Assembly: GCA_964519985.1 (NCBI GenBank)
Contig: CAZFMF010000002.1
Coordinates: 71,029-135,028 of the forward strand
Direction: 5' to 3'
DNA: 64,000 bases
Source: an uncultured Pseudobdellovibrionaceae bacterium
GTDB taxonomy: Bacteria; Bdellovibrionota; FAC87; UBA2466
A program made the position numbers and the translations under genes. The notes below the pieces were generated by a model that was not told the DNA's origin, did not search any database, and saw nothing but the letters and a program-made list of their open reading frames with translations. This document shows, piece after piece, positions 45,982-56,346 of this stretch (positions are counted from its first letter, which is position 1; every line of letters starts with the position of its first letter).

Positions 45982-47976
45982 ATGCCTGAATTCAAGCTGG
46001 TCAGTGAATTTGAACCGCGCGGCGACCAGCCCCAAGCTATTCAAAAACTGACCGAACGCCTTTCCGCCGGCCAACGCCACAATGTCCTGCTCGGCGTCAC
46101 CGGCAGCGGGAAAACGTTCACCATGGCCCATACCATCGCCAAACTGAAGAGGCCGGCATTGGTGATGGCGCCGAACAAAACGTTGGCGGCGCAGCTTTAC
46201 GGAGAGTTCAAACAGCTCTTTCCCGAAAACGCGGTGGAGTATTTCGTCAGCTACTACGACTACTACCAGCCCGAGGCCTACATCCCTTCTAGCGACACCT
46301 ATATCGAGAAAGACTCTTCGATCAACGACCAGATCGACCAGCTCCGCCACTCCGCGACTGCCTCGCTGCTTTCGCGCCGAGATCTCATCATCGTGGCCAG
46401 CGTGTCGTGCATCTACGGTCTGGGCGCGCCCGAAATGTATCGAGAGATGTTGATCGACATCGAGGTCGGCAAGGACTACCGGCGCGACGAGCTGCTCCTG
46501 CATTTGGTGGAAACTCAGTACGAGCGCAATGACTACGACTTTCACCGCGGTACCTTCCGGGTAAGAGGCGATGTTATCGAAGTCTTCCCCGCATCAGAAG
46601 AGTCGCACGCCTACCGGATCGAGTTCTGGGGCGAAACGCTGGAAAAGATCAGCAAGATTGATCCCATCACCGGCAAGACGGTCGAGAAACTGGAATCGCT
46701 GAAGATCTTTCCCGGCAGCCACTACGTCACGGAAAAAGACCAGCTCAAACGCGCCATCAAGTCGGTTCAAGAAGAGCTACTGGTGCGCCTGCCCCAGCTC
46801 AAATCGCTGAACAAATTGGTCGAGGCCCAACGACTGGAAAGCCGCACCTACTACGACATCGAGATGATGGAGGAGATGGGCTACTGCAATGGCATCGAAA
46901 ACTATAGCCGTCATCTCACCGGCCGAGCGCCGGGCGCCCCGCCCCCGACCCTCCTCGAGTATTTTCCCGAAGATTACTTGCTTTTTATCGACGAAAGCCA
47001 TGTGACCGTGCCGCAAGTGGGCGGGATGTATCGCGGCGATCGCGCGCGCAAAGAGGTCTTGGTCGAACACGGCTTTCGCCTGCCCTCGGCGCTCGACAAT
47101 CGGCCTCTGAATTTTTCCGAGTTCGAATCCTTGGCCCGTCAGGTGGTTTACGTATCGGCCACTCCCGGCAAGTACGAGATGGAGCACGTGCGCGGCGATG
47201 TGATCCAGCAGATCATCCGCCCCACGGGACTTATCGATCCCACGATCTCCATGCGCCCCGCGCGGGGCAGTGTGGACGATCTGTACGGCGAATTGCGCAA
47301 GGTGGTCGCCAAAGGCCAACGTGCTTTGGTGACCACTCTGACCAAGCGGTCAGCCGAAGATCTCTCCGAGTACTACCAAAAGATGGGAATCCGGGTGGCC
47401 TATCTGCATTCGGATATTGATGCGATTGAACGCGTCGAGATCATTCGGCAGCTGCGCATGGGCGGATTCGATGTCTTAGTCGGCATCAACCTGCTCCGCG
47501 AAGGCTTGGACATTCCGGAGTGTTCTTTGGTCGCTATACTGGATGCTGACAAAGAAGGTTTTCTTCGCAGCCAAACGTCGCTGATCCAAACCATCGGCCG
47601 CGCGGCGAGAAACATCGACGGTCTGGTGATCCTTTACGCGGATAATATGACCGCTTCGATTGACTTCGCGCTTAAGGAAACGGAACGCCGCCGCAAGATC
47701 CAATTGGACTACAATACCGCCCATGGCATCACGCCCGCGTCGGTGAAGAAGAACATCCAGGATCCACTCTACAAGGTGGAGAACATGGATTACTTCGAGG
47801 TAAAAGTCGCGGAGAAGGCCGGCGTTTACAAAGCGGATCTCAAGAACATCCCGAAGGAAATCGAGAAGGTAGAGAAACTGATGAAGAAAGCCGCCAAGGA
47901 TCTCGAGTTCGAGAAGGCCGCCGAGCTGCGCGACAAGCTCGTGGAGTTAAAACGCCTGCAGATCGTCAAAGGCTAG
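45982..47976 (+). CDS. uvrB: excinuclease ABC subunit B
   Basis: [20 protein letters not shown] helicase motifs and the C-terminal UVR domain ([12 protein letters not shown]). Confidence 0.97.
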   Translation: MPEFKLVSEFEPRGDQPQAIQKLTERLSAGQRHNVLLGVTGSGKTFTMAHTIAKLKRPALVMAPNKTLAAQLYGEFKQLFPENAVEYFVSYYDYYQPEAYIPSSDTYIEKDSSINDQIDQLRHSATASLLSRRDLIIVASVSCIYGLGAPEMYREMLIDIEVGKDYRRDELLLHLVETQYERNDYDFHRGTFRVRGDVIEVFPASEESHAYRIEFWGETLEKISKIDPITGKTVEKLESLKIFPGSHYVTEKDQLKRAIKSVQEELLVRLPQLKSLNKLVEAQRLESRTYYDIEMMEEMGYCNGIENYSRHLTGRAPGAPPPTLLEYFPEDYLLFIDESHVTVPQVGGMYRGDRARKEVLVEHGFRLPSALDNRPLNFSEFESLARQVVYVSATPGKYEMEHVRGDVIQQIIRPTGLIDPTISMRPARGSVDDLYGELRKVVAKGQRALVTTLTKRSAEDLSEYYQKMGIRVAYLHSDIDAIERVEIIRQLRMGGFDVLVGINLLREGLDIPECSLVAILDADKEGFLRSQTSLIQTIGRAARNIDGLVILYADNMTASIDFALKETERRRKIQLDYNTAHGITPASVKKNIQDPLYKVENMDYFEVKVAEKAGVYKADLKNIPKEIEKVEKLMKKAAKDLEFEKAAELRDKLVELKRLQIVKG

Positions 47977-48003
47977 CTCAATCCCGAAGTTACTTTATTA
48001 CCA

Positions 48004-48030
48004 TATAATATCCATATGTGGTAATTTTGT
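48004..48030 (+). promoter_or_regulatory. AT-rich imperfect inverted repeat upstream of abiEi (candidate autoregulatory operator)
   Basis: TTACCATATAATATCCATATGTGGTAA immediately 5' of the abiEi start. Confidence 0.35.
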
Positions 48031-48033
48031 AAC

Positions 48034-48630
48034 ATGGGCAAGAAAAACAGCATATCCAATATTGACGGGCTCCTGACCTTCCTTAACAAGCGTCGGGTCG
48101 CCACCTCCAAGGAACTGGAAAAATTTTTGCCGGCTAGGGCGATTCTTAAGCGACTCGTCGATGAGGGTAAGCTTCAACCCCTCGGGGCCGGGCTCTATGC
48201 GGCAAATACACTCGATCCTTTCCATGCCTCCGTGATCGCGGTCGCTGCCTACTACCCCGAAGCCGTGATCTCAAACCTCACTGCCATGGTGATCCATGGT
48301 TTGTCCGACGAGAGAATCGACCGCATTGATGTGGACATTGATCGAGGCACCTCAATACGTAACAAACTTCTGGCGGTTCATCGAGTTCCCATCAAGCGCC
48401 TCACCGGAATAGAAAAGGCGAAGTTCCATGGAGCGACCATTAAGATCTACGACACCGAGCGCACACTCTGTGAGGCCTCTTTCCTTGACCCGGGAGGTCC
48501 CATTCTTTTCAAAGCACTCAAGCGCTACATTAAACGGCAGACTCCAAACACCACCGCCATCCTGAAATACGACGGAATTTTAGGAACCCAGGTACTCCGC
48601 CACATTCAACAGGAGCTTGCTGATGCCTGA
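48034..48630 (+). CDS. abiEi: AbiEi-family antitoxin/transcriptional regulator
   Basis: 198 aa; N-terminal wHTH-like segment (RRVATSKELEKFL); overlaps the next gene by 14 nt; local drop in GC. Confidence 0.65.
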   Translation: MGKKNSISNIDGLLTFLNKRRVATSKELEKFLPARAILKRLVDEGKLQPLGAGLYAANTLDPFHASVIAVAAYYPEAVISNLTAMVIHGLSDERIDRIDVDIDRGTSIRNKLLAVHRVPIKRLTGIEKAKFHGATIKIYDTERTLCEASFLDPGGPILFKALKRYIKRQTPNTTAILKYDGILGTQVLRHIQQELADA

Positions 48631-49387
48631 AAACGCGTCTTACTTGAAGAAAGCCAGAAAGTGGGCAAAAGAGAACGGCTTACACGGACCGCAGGCCTTT
48701 CTCCGCTACACAATGCTGAACTTTGTCGGAGCCATCAACAAGATTTCGGAGGAGTTTGTTTTCAAAGGAGGAAACCTTCTCTGGGTGTACATCAAAACGC
48801 CCAGAGCAACGGTGGACTTGGACTTTGCCACAAAAAGAATTGATACACATGCAGCAATCAGAAAAATACTAAACGAAGCATGTAACGACGGCGGGGAAGG
48901 AATCTCCTATTCGATCCAGTCGTTCTTCGAATTGGAGGAAGACGGAAAACGAGGAGCTGAGGTTACGATCGCATACCGCACCGACGAAGGGGCATCGAAT
49001 ACCTTCGGCTTGGATATTGTCTATGCGATTTCGACCGACGACGTCGAGCTACCCTCACCTCTCCAAAACAAATCGGCAATTAAAGTCGCCACAGTGGAGA
49101 ACATCATTGCCGATAAGCTATCGGCGGCAAATCGCTTTAAGGCCGGCAATTCACGCATGAAAGACTTTGACGATCTTTGGAGACTTTCGAAGTCAACGGC
49201 CGATGTGCATCGTACTCGATTGGCCAGAATACTAAAGACGCGTTCCATTCCTGACACCCTTGATTCCAATTGGATCGGCGCAGACATGAAGCGAATGTGG
49301 GACAACCATCGCAAACGCTATGAAGATCTTCCGGAATCTCTCCAGAACCTCTTCTCCGATGTAAATTCGTGGCTTCAAAAAAAGTAA
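48617..49387 (+). CDS. abiEii: AbiEii-family nucleotidyltransferase toxin (DUF1814-like)
   Basis: FVFKGGNLLWVY...RATVDLDF nucleotidyltransferase signature; 256 aa. Confidence 0.7.
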   Translation: MLMPENASYLKKARKWAKENGLHGPQAFLRYTMLNFVGAINKISEEFVFKGGNLLWVYIKTPRATVDLDFATKRIDTHAAIRKILNEACNDGGEGISYSIQSFFELEEDGKRGAEVTIAYRTDEGASNTFGLDIVYAISTDDVELPSPLQNKSAIKVATVENIIADKLSAANRFKAGNSRMKDFDDLWRLSKSTADVHRTRLARILKTRSIPDTLDSNWIGADMKRMWDNHRKRYEDLPESLQNLFSDVNSWLQKK

Positions 49388-49416
49388 AATCTCGCCTAGA
49401 AGCCTAGCGCATGGCG

Positions 49417-50295
49417 TTAAAGGCTAGCGCAGTTCCCGCGGCCACAGTCGCCTTGAGCGGAACGACAAGTCACCTCCCCATCCGACCGAACCGTAAACTC
49501 CACGAATCCGTGAAAGTCCGTGCGCAAGATGCGCGATCCAAACGCCCGCAATCGCGCAATAACCTCCGCCGCGGGATGGCCGTAAGAATTACCGAACCCG
49601 GAAGAGATCACCGACCAACCGGGAACCGCGGAAGTGAGAAACTCCACTGTCGAGGAGGTGCGACTACCGTGATGGTGGACCTTCCAAATATGGGAGCGTC
49701 CCCAGCGCACAAGTCGCTTTTCCGCTCGCCTTTCCGCATCCCCCGCCAGAAGAATGCGGCACCCGCCAAAGGTAAGACCGAGCGCCAAGACCCGGTCGTT
49801 CTTCGAGCGCCCGGCGTCGATGGGCTCGATCCAGGCTTGCACGCCCCTGCGGAGCTGCGTCTGGGTGCGTGTGATCGCCACTGAGCGCGCTTGGTACATC
49901 TTCGCAATGGAAAGCAACTCGCGCAGCAGGGGATGTTCGCCGGGAATAAAGACTCCGCTCCACCAGAATTCCCGGACCTGAATATTCTCCATCACCCCGC
50001 GCAACCCCATCCCGTGATCGGCATCGGGGTGGCTCAAGATTGCGGCATCCAGCGTGAGAATGCCGAGCCGCGCGAGCTCGAGGTACAGGTCTCGCTTTCC
50101 CCGATCCCATTCTTTCCAACCGCCGCCGCCATCCACCAGCCAATTCTCACCGCCGGGAAACCGGATCAGGGTGGCATCGCCCTGCCCCACATCAAAGAAC
50201 AATAGGCGCAAGTCGCGCGAGCCGAACCGATCGTGCCAGCGCGACACCGCGCACACCACTAAGAGTCCGAACGATATTCCGAGCGCCCACTTCAC
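49417..50295 (-). CDS. metallo-beta-lactamase fold hydrolase (ComEC C-terminal-domain-like)
   Basis: HPDADHGMG metal-binding motif and a second His cluster (KVHHHGSRTSS); N-terminal TM segment. Confidence 0.7.
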   Translation of the reverse strand: MKWALGISFGLLVVCAVSRWHDRFGSRDLRLLFFDVGQGDATLIRFPGGENWLVDGGGGWKEWDRGKRDLYLELARLGILTLDAAILSHPDADHGMGLRGVMENIQVREFWWSGVFIPGEHPLLRELLSIAKMYQARSVAITRTQTQLRRGVQAWIEPIDAGRSKNDRVLALGLTFGGCRILLAGDAERRAEKRLVRWGRSHIWKVHHHGSRTSSTVEFLTSAVPGWSVISSGFGNSYGHPAAEVIARLRAFGSRILRTDFHGFVEFTVRSDGEVTCRSAQGDCGRGNCASL

Positions 50296-50534
50296 GCCCG
50301 CAGACTGTCCAAATGCGCATGAATTGAAAAGGGGGATAGGGGAGCGTCTGAGCGATCAATCCCCCGAAAGAATCGCCTTCACTTTTGGGTGTTGGGCCAG
50401 TTTGAAACTCCGCTGAGGGGCTTGGAGCAGGAAATCGCGGCATTGGAGCGACGTAACGGCCATCGCCGGATAGAAATTGTGAACATGGTCGATTTCAAGA
50501 GCTGGGGCCGCCCATTATTGGTTCGGGGTTAGTT

Positions 50535-51911
50535 CTATGGGACCGGACAGACGGTCGGATCGGGATCGTAGGGTATGTCCCTATTTTGATTCTCCAGCGG
50601 GTCCGTAGAGGGTACCGGGCGCTCCAATGCGGCCGGGGGAGTTAGTGTTGCCGCAGGAGGCGGTGTTGCCGGGGGATTCGGTGTGGCCTGCGGCGCAGGC
50701 CCTCCCGGCGGCAGGGTCAATTTAAACTGATACTGCCCTACATACTGAGCCGATCCGGAGCCCTGAGCCGACCCCGAGCCGGCCGAAGCGCTTCGTACCG
50801 CGATGTAGTAGTAGTTTTTCACGAGATTGGGCTGAAACCGAATCAATCCCTGGGCATTGGGTTTGGCACTCGCCAACACCGTTCCGTAAGCATCTTTTAG
50901 ATCCGCGATAAGATCGACGGCGGTTCGCGCGGGATCCACATTCAAAGTGAGATCCGCCACTCCACTGCCAGAAGAAAACGGCAGCACATCGACATCCGAC
51001 ACCTGCTCAATAATGCCCTTACCGGAGACGACGCCGTTAGTGTCACTCAGTACCACTCCGTCGTCGTAAGTATTTGCGTGATCGTCCTTTCGATAACCAA
51101 ACCCGTTGTTGGTGCCGGCTATTTTTTGCAGATCATTTTGGAAATTCGTGGTGTTGATCCCCGTTCCATACCACCAAACACTTCGCGCCGAATACGAACG
51201 GCCCATAATGGGAGCAAACCCGTTGGCTCCCGGATTGTACGCGGCGGTGAGGTTTCCATTCGCGTCGTAAAGCGACTGATGCTGACATCCAAAACCGTGG
51301 CCCGCCTCGTGGGCGATCGCGTCCGCGACATATTTGGGATTATTTGCAAGATGCAGAGGAAAAACGAACCCTACTTTATCCACATCGGCCATACTGCGAT
51401 ACGAACCGGTGGAAGCCACTCCGGCCACGGTTTGGCCGTACCAGGCGCTACTGCCGCCGATCATCACCCGCAGTGTGGTTGCTCGGTTTGCCGGTTCAAC
51501 GGTCGTCACATCGATATTGAGCGCGGAATAATGTTCCGCCACCCGAGCCCACATGTCTTGAATGGCGGCGACTTCATCATCGCTGAACGTAGCCGGATCG
51601 CCATCTCTATCGAACGGAGGAATCACAATGTTCTTAAAATTGCGCCATGCGGGCATCGTCGTGCCGCCAAAAACGAGATGAAGGGACGCCGGAGCTCCGG
51701 GATAACTATGCAGCGCCGGCAGTTCGGAGAGCGCCCGCACGGCAAAGCGGTTTCGAATCGGCGGGGCCGGCGTCAAACGCCGCAGCTCGCGGATAGTCTC
51801 CTCAGAAATGCTGTCGTCTTCCACCACGGGCACGCAAGAACTATTAGAAGTCACTAAGCCGCAGCCAGAAAGCAGCGCAATCATTACCGCGAAGAGAATC
51901 GGACGAACCAT
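50535..51911 (-). CDS. secreted zinc metalloprotease lipoprotein (HExxH) with Pro/Thr-rich C-terminus
   Basis: HEAGHGFGCQH zincin motif; lipobox LLSGCG at MVRPILFAVMIA; start moved from the track's first Met. Confidence 0.7.
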   Translation of the reverse strand: MVRPILFAVMIALLSGCGLVTSNSSCVPVVEDDSISEETIRELRRLTPAPPIRNRFAVRALSELPALHSYPGAPASLHLVFGGTTMPAWRNFKNIVIPPFDRDGDPATFSDDEVAAIQDMWARVAEHYSALNIDVTTVEPANRATTLRVMIGGSSAWYGQTVAGVASTGSYRSMADVDKVGFVFPLHLANNPKYVADAIAHEAGHGFGCQHQSLYDANGNLTAAYNPGANGFAPIMGRSYSARSVWWYGTGINTTNFQNDLQKIAGTNNGFGYRKDDHANTYDDGVVLSDTNGVVSGKGIIEQVSDVDVLPFSSGSGVADLTLNVDPARTAVDLIADLKDAYGTVLASAKPNAQGLIRFQPNLVKNYYYIAVRSASAGSGSAQGSGSAQYVGQYQFKLTLPPGGPAPQATPNPPATPPPAATLTPPAALERPVPSTDPLENQNRDIPYDPDPTVCPVP

Positions 51912-52352
51912 TTTTGAATTATGAAGCTGGGTTACTTCGCAATAGTGCCGCAACTGTCCTGAGTCTCGCATATTTCGATCCTACCCACCCATTCCAAGCT
52001 GCAGAGTGGATGCCAGGTATTCAGGCGTAAACTTCTTATGCTCTTGTCGAAGTTTTGGACGACCAAGGAGGGATCTGGGGAAACAGGCGAAAAGTCCTTT
52101 GGATCAGGCACCGCTGAGAAGTGCCTTCCTTCAAGGCACTTTCCGGATGTTAGACATGGAGAGCAGAAGGAATCGCACCCATCACCCCTTCCGACAGTCT
52201 CGGCCATACGGTTTCGGCGATGTCCCGGCCGGTCGCCGTTACCCTGCCGCCCGTTGCATCGCTGGCTAGACAGTGTATTCCTGCGGAGCGCGCCAGACGG
52301 TGCGGGGCCAGATTGGCTATGGATTTGCAAGATTCCGAACGAGGATCTCACG

Positions 52353-54239
52353 ATGAAATCGACTTGTTACCGAACCACCATCGGCCTTCTCAGTCTGATG
52401 GCTTTCAGCGCCCCAGCCCAAGATCCGCAAGCGGATCTCGAAGCGAAACTGCGCCGCACGTTAGGGCTTTCGTCTAGCCAACAACTGACGATTCGCCGCG
52501 ACGCCGAAGATGGAGTCACCGATGCCGATTTTGCGAAATTGAAAGAGCAACTGGCCGCCGTCCTGGATAAGATCAAGCACCCGCGGACCATTGCACGAGA
52601 CAAGAATCTTGATATTGTTTTCCAAGGTTTTCGCGCGACGGCCGCCGACCCCTCCAAGGCTTGGTTGGATCTCACGGCCAAGCCGGAAGGCTGGATTGCC
52701 GCGCTTTCCAGTGACCGCTGGTCGGAACCGGAGTATTGGAAGTTCCGTCAACAAAACCTCTTAGACTGGAATGGCAAGACGAGGGAGCATCTGGGAGAGT
52801 TTGGGCCCCTCTTAGGCACATTGCGGGATTTAACGATTGCGGAGGAACTCCCTACCCCAGAAGCCTGGACAAGAGCGCTTCGCGAAAGGGCAAACGTCAA
52901 AGCGACGGTGAAAAAATCAGGGTCGTCGAAGTCGAATTCGCTTATCGAAATTGATTTTACCGACGCCGGCTCCCCCTACGGTAAGGGCAAGATTGAGATC
53001 TTCCGCGATCCGGAAAGTAACGATGGTCCCGGCGAAATCGCGGTCCGCCTTCGCTACGAAACGGGGGCAAAAGCCCCTCAAGTAGGAAATCACCGCTTCA
53101 CATTCAACACCGATGGCGTCATGGGGCCGATCCGGAGTTTTCGTCTAACGCCCGATCGGATGGGAATCGCCCGTGAAATGGAAATCACTTCGCAGGGCAC
53201 AGTTAAGAACGAAGAGTGGCTCAACCAACCGGTCCAACCTGTTTCCAAAATCTATGATCCGAATCAGACCTACCATGGAAAAACGGGCGTGGAGCTTCGG
53301 GCCATGGGGGACACGCAGAAGGAAGTTCTGGTGGCGTTGCTCGACTCCGGAGTCAACTACAACCACCCGGGCATTGCGTTCTGCATGGCGCGCGAAAAAA
53401 ATGGGGAGCTCAAAGGTTGGGACTTCGCGGAAGAGGATGCCCTGCCCTTCGACTACGATCGACCGGGCCTGTTCAGCGGCGGCCCGAATACCCAGCATGG
53501 TACGGGCGTCGCTGGGATTGCCGGCGGAGGCAATGCCAAGGTCGGGGTAGTTCCGATCCGTTATGTCGGCGGCGGGGCGAAGCCGGACGATTTCGAAACC
53601 GCCGTCAAATTCGCCCACGACAAAGGTGCGCGCATCATCAACCTGAGCTTTGGAACCAAACCTTCCTTGATTCCGGAAGAGTCAATCGCCCACTTCCCGC
53701 CGGAAATTGCCGAGGGAATCCGAAACAATGCTCGAGTGATCGAAAACTACAAGAAGGTCATTGCAAAGTACCCCGACGTGCTCTTCGTGATTGCGGCCGG
53801 CAATGGCGATGAAAACGGCAAGGGCGAAGACAATGATCAGATCGAGAACTGGCCCGCCAATGTTTCCGCGCCGAATGTGATCGCGGTAGCGGCTACCGGC
53901 GAACCTGGCTGTTTAACGTCGTTCTCCAATTACGGAAAGAAATCGGTTCACCTTGCCGCCCCGGGCGAGAAGGTCACCATTTTCTGTGGCGCAAACGAGA
54001 CCAAATGCGCGTCCGGTACTTCCTTTTCCGCCCCGCTCGTAGCCCATACCGCCGCCCGAATGCTCTTGGCGCAACCCAAGCTCCAGCCGTCCGATCTCAA
54101 AGACATTCTCATGAAAACCGCAAAGGAAGCCCCCGAGCTGAAGAACAAGGTCGCGTCGGGCGGTGAACTGGATGGCGATCGCGCGGTGCAGGAAGCCAAG
54201 ATCTGGCTATCCCGATCGAAGGCTAAGGCATCGAAATAA
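52353..54239 (+). CDS. subtilisin-like serine protease (S8 family) with N-terminal extension
   Basis: Asp (LLDSGVNYNHPG), His (HGTGVAGIAGG) and Ser (GTSFSAPLVAH) motifs; start set at MKSTCYRTTIGLLSLMAFSAPAQ after GAGGA. Confidence 0.85.
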   Translation: MKSTCYRTTIGLLSLMAFSAPAQDPQADLEAKLRRTLGLSSSQQLTIRRDAEDGVTDADFAKLKEQLAAVLDKIKHPRTIARDKNLDIVFQGFRATAADPSKAWLDLTAKPEGWIAALSSDRWSEPEYWKFRQQNLLDWNGKTREHLGEFGPLLGTLRDLTIAEELPTPEAWTRALRERANVKATVKKSGSSKSNSLIEIDFTDAGSPYGKGKIEIFRDPESNDGPGEIAVRLRYETGAKAPQVGNHRFTFNTDGVMGPIRSFRLTPDRMGIAREMEITSQGTVKNEEWLNQPVQPVSKIYDPNQTYHGKTGVELRAMGDTQKEVLVALLDSGVNYNHPGIAFCMAREKNGELKGWDFAEEDALPFDYDRPGLFSGGPNTQHGTGVAGIAGGGNAKVGVVPIRYVGGGAKPDDFETAVKFAHDKGARIINLSFGTKPSLIPEESIAHFPPEIAEGIRNNARVIENYKKVIAKYPDVLFVIAAGNGDENGKGEDNDQIENWPANVSAPNVIAVAATGEPGCLTSFSNYGKKSVHLAAPGEKVTIFCGANETKCASGTSFSAPLVAHTAARMLLAQPKLQPSDLKDILMKTAKEAPELKNKVASGGELDGDRAVQEAKIWLSRSKAKASK

Positions 54240-54253
54240 ATCCGCGGTTTGCG

Positions 54254-54402
54254 ACTCCGGCGCCGGCAGGGGAATCGCATCAAAATATTAGGTCTTTATT
54301 TGGCGCGGTTCTCGAGAGGTGTGAAAATATTACCCGGCACTGAAGAGCCGCGTCTATCAAGGATCTCACTTTTTGATGCGATTCCCCTGCCGGCGCCGGA
54401 GT
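54254..54402. repeat. 149-bp element with perfect 32-bp terminal inverted repeats (MITE-like or giant terminator hairpin)
   Basis: ACTCCGGCGCCGGCAGGGGAATCGCATCAAAA (54254..54285) is the exact reverse complement of 54371..54402; 85-bp AT-rich spacer; between convergent S8 and GT2 genes. Confidence 0.8.
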
Positions 54403-54477
54403 GAACATCGCGATTGCCAAAGGCGGATATTTGCACTGCCCTTTGCTTCAATCCGAAGAGTAACCGTCAAGCCCGGC

Positions 54478-55437
54478 TCATTGGATCGGCGATTGCGGTA
54501 AAAGCCAGGGCGCCTGCGGACGGCGACGGTTATTGAACGTCCATCCCCAATGAAATAGCGCGCGGAACGAACCAACCGCTCCGAGCTCACGGGCAATGCG
54601 GGCAGCGGCCCGCCAGCGTCCAGACAACGCGCAGCGAAGCGCGGTGTGAAAATCCAAAACATGGTGCCGTCGGCGTTCGAAACGCCGGGCGGCGGTTTGA
54701 ACCGATGCCGGCAGCAACGGCAGCAGAGTCCGACGGACCCGGGCATTTTCCACAACAAAAGGAACAGCCGACGTGCGCGCGCGACTGAGTTGCCGTTCGT
54801 GGCTGCGCACGCGCACTAGGTGTTGGTGAATCATCCCGACCGGAGCGTGGGGTGCGAGCCGCGCCCAGAGTTCATAGTCCCCCGACACCCGAAAGCTCTC
54901 GTCAAAAAATCCCCACTTCTGCAGCGCCTCGGCGCGCACCGCTACCGTCGAAAGATTGCCGGCAATACAGCCGTGGTAGAAAAAGTGCTGGGTGGCCAGC
55001 GATGACGGCAAAACCACGGGCAGATCGCCGAGCGTGCCCTCAGAGAGCACTCGCCCGTCGGCGCCAATGCTGCGGTACTTCGCGATGGTCATCTGCACGT
55101 CGGGATGGGCCGCGAAGAAGGCGGCTTCCTTTTCTAGGCACTCTTTTTCCAGTGCGTCATCTTGGCAGAGAAAGCGGACCAACGGCGAGCGACAGCGCAG
55201 CAGGAGTCGATTCAGGTGGGGGAACAATCCCGCGCGGGCTTTCGACGGAAAAAAACGCACGCGGGGATCGCGCAATGACTCCAGGTACTGCCGACTTCCG
55301 TCGGAAGAACCGTCATCGCCAATGACCAGTTCGAATCGAGTCAACGTTTGCGCCAAAACCGATTCCACCGTTTCGCGCAAATAGGGCATTCCCTGATAAA
55401 CGGGAAGCACGACGGAAATGGAGGTGTGGAGAGGCAC
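54478..55437 (-). CDS. glycosyltransferase family 2
   Basis: ISVVLPVYQGMPYLRETVESVLAQT...ELVIGDDGSSDGS is a GT-A fold N-terminus with the DxD region. Confidence 0.85.
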   Translation of the reverse strand: MPLHTSISVVLPVYQGMPYLRETVESVLAQTLTRFELVIGDDGSSDGSRQYLESLRDPRVRFFPSKARAGLFPHLNRLLLRCRSPLVRFLCQDDALEKECLEKEAAFFAAHPDVQMTIAKYRSIGADGRVLSEGTLGDLPVVLPSSLATQHFFYHGCIAGNLSTVAVRAEALQKWGFFDESFRVSGDYELWARLAPHAPVGMIHQHLVRVRSHERQLSRARTSAVPFVVENARVRRTLLPLLPASVQTAARRFERRRHHVLDFHTALRCALSGRWRAAARIARELGAVGSFRALFHWGWTFNNRRRPQAPWLLPQSPIQ

Positions 55438-55469
55438 TCCCTAAAGGATACCGCGGGGCGGGAGAAAGA

Positions 55470-56120
55470 TCATTCGGGCTGAGCGTAGCCTTGAACATGG
55501 TCCTTCGGCGCATGGCGGCCGTTACCGGCGTTATGCCGCGGGTAATCGTGGGGTGCGATCAAGGGCGGCGGTGCGAAAGCATCGGAAGCCAGCGCGCGGG
55601 CGCGAAACGCCCCGAGGTCGGAAACCGAGGGCGCGACACGCTCCTTTGCTTTCGACTCTGGGATCGCGGGCGTTAAAGCAAATAGTAGCCGTTCGCGCGC
55701 CGATTGGGGGCGCAGGCGCTCGGGTTTTTCCTTCGCTGGGGCGGCATCTTCCTTCGGCGCTTGCGCGGCGACGGACGCCATCGCCCGCTCCCGGATTTCT
55801 CGCCAGTTAATCACCACCTCAACCGGGACGTTCCCGGCCTGGGCTTCCTGGCGATAAGACGGCGCGTGCCGTCGGGAGGGCGTATTTAATTCTTCGGCGC
55901 TAATGGGATCGGCCGGCGTGGGCCGAATGGTTTCTGCGATAGCCGGCGTATTGCCAAGCAGGTTCGCCAGGCCGTACTGGCCGTCGGGCGATTCCGCCAC
56001 GCCTTGGCTCGCCACCAAGCCGGTTAAGGCGATGGCGAGCCGAAAGCGGGCGTCAGTTTTTAGATTCAGGGGGTACATCATCAAGGGTCCTACCCACTGA
56101 TTTTGCAGGAACCCTGCCAT
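55470..56120 (-). CDS. secreted hypothetical protein (Ala/Pro-rich)
   Basis: Internal signal-like segment AIALTGLVASQGVAES; the real start is probably at MMYPLN. Confidence 0.35.
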   Translation of the reverse strand: MAGFLQNQWVGPLMMYPLNLKTDARFRLAIALTGLVASQGVAESPDGQYGLANLLGNTPAIAETIRPTPADPISAEELNTPSRRHAPSYRQEAQAGNVPVEVVINWREIRERAMASVAAQAPKEDAAPAKEKPERLRPQSARERLLFALTPAIPESKAKERVAPSVSDLGAFRARALASDAFAPPPLIAPHDYPRHNAGNGRHAPKDHVQGYAQPE

Positions 56121-56280
56121 GAAAATCTATCCATCTATTTGAATTCAAAAGGATTTCTAACAGGCTGGGAGTCGCGATTTTGCCAAGGGTTTGGACGGGA
56201 ATGGGGCGGAACGGCTAAAGCCTGATTCCCAAAGGCCTTTGTGTGCACACTTAGAATACAGGGGCCTGAAATAGAAAACG

Positions 56281-56306
56281 GGGGAGGACAGGAATCCTCC
56301 CCCGCA
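56281..56306 (-). terminator. rho-independent terminator for the 56347..58542 gene
   Basis: GGGGGAGGA-CAGGAA-TCCTCCCCC hairpin followed by a T-rich run on the minus strand, 40 nt after the stop. Confidence 0.5.
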
Positions 56307-56346
56307 GACATATATGGTCTCGCTTGAGACCATCCCCCCGAGAAAA

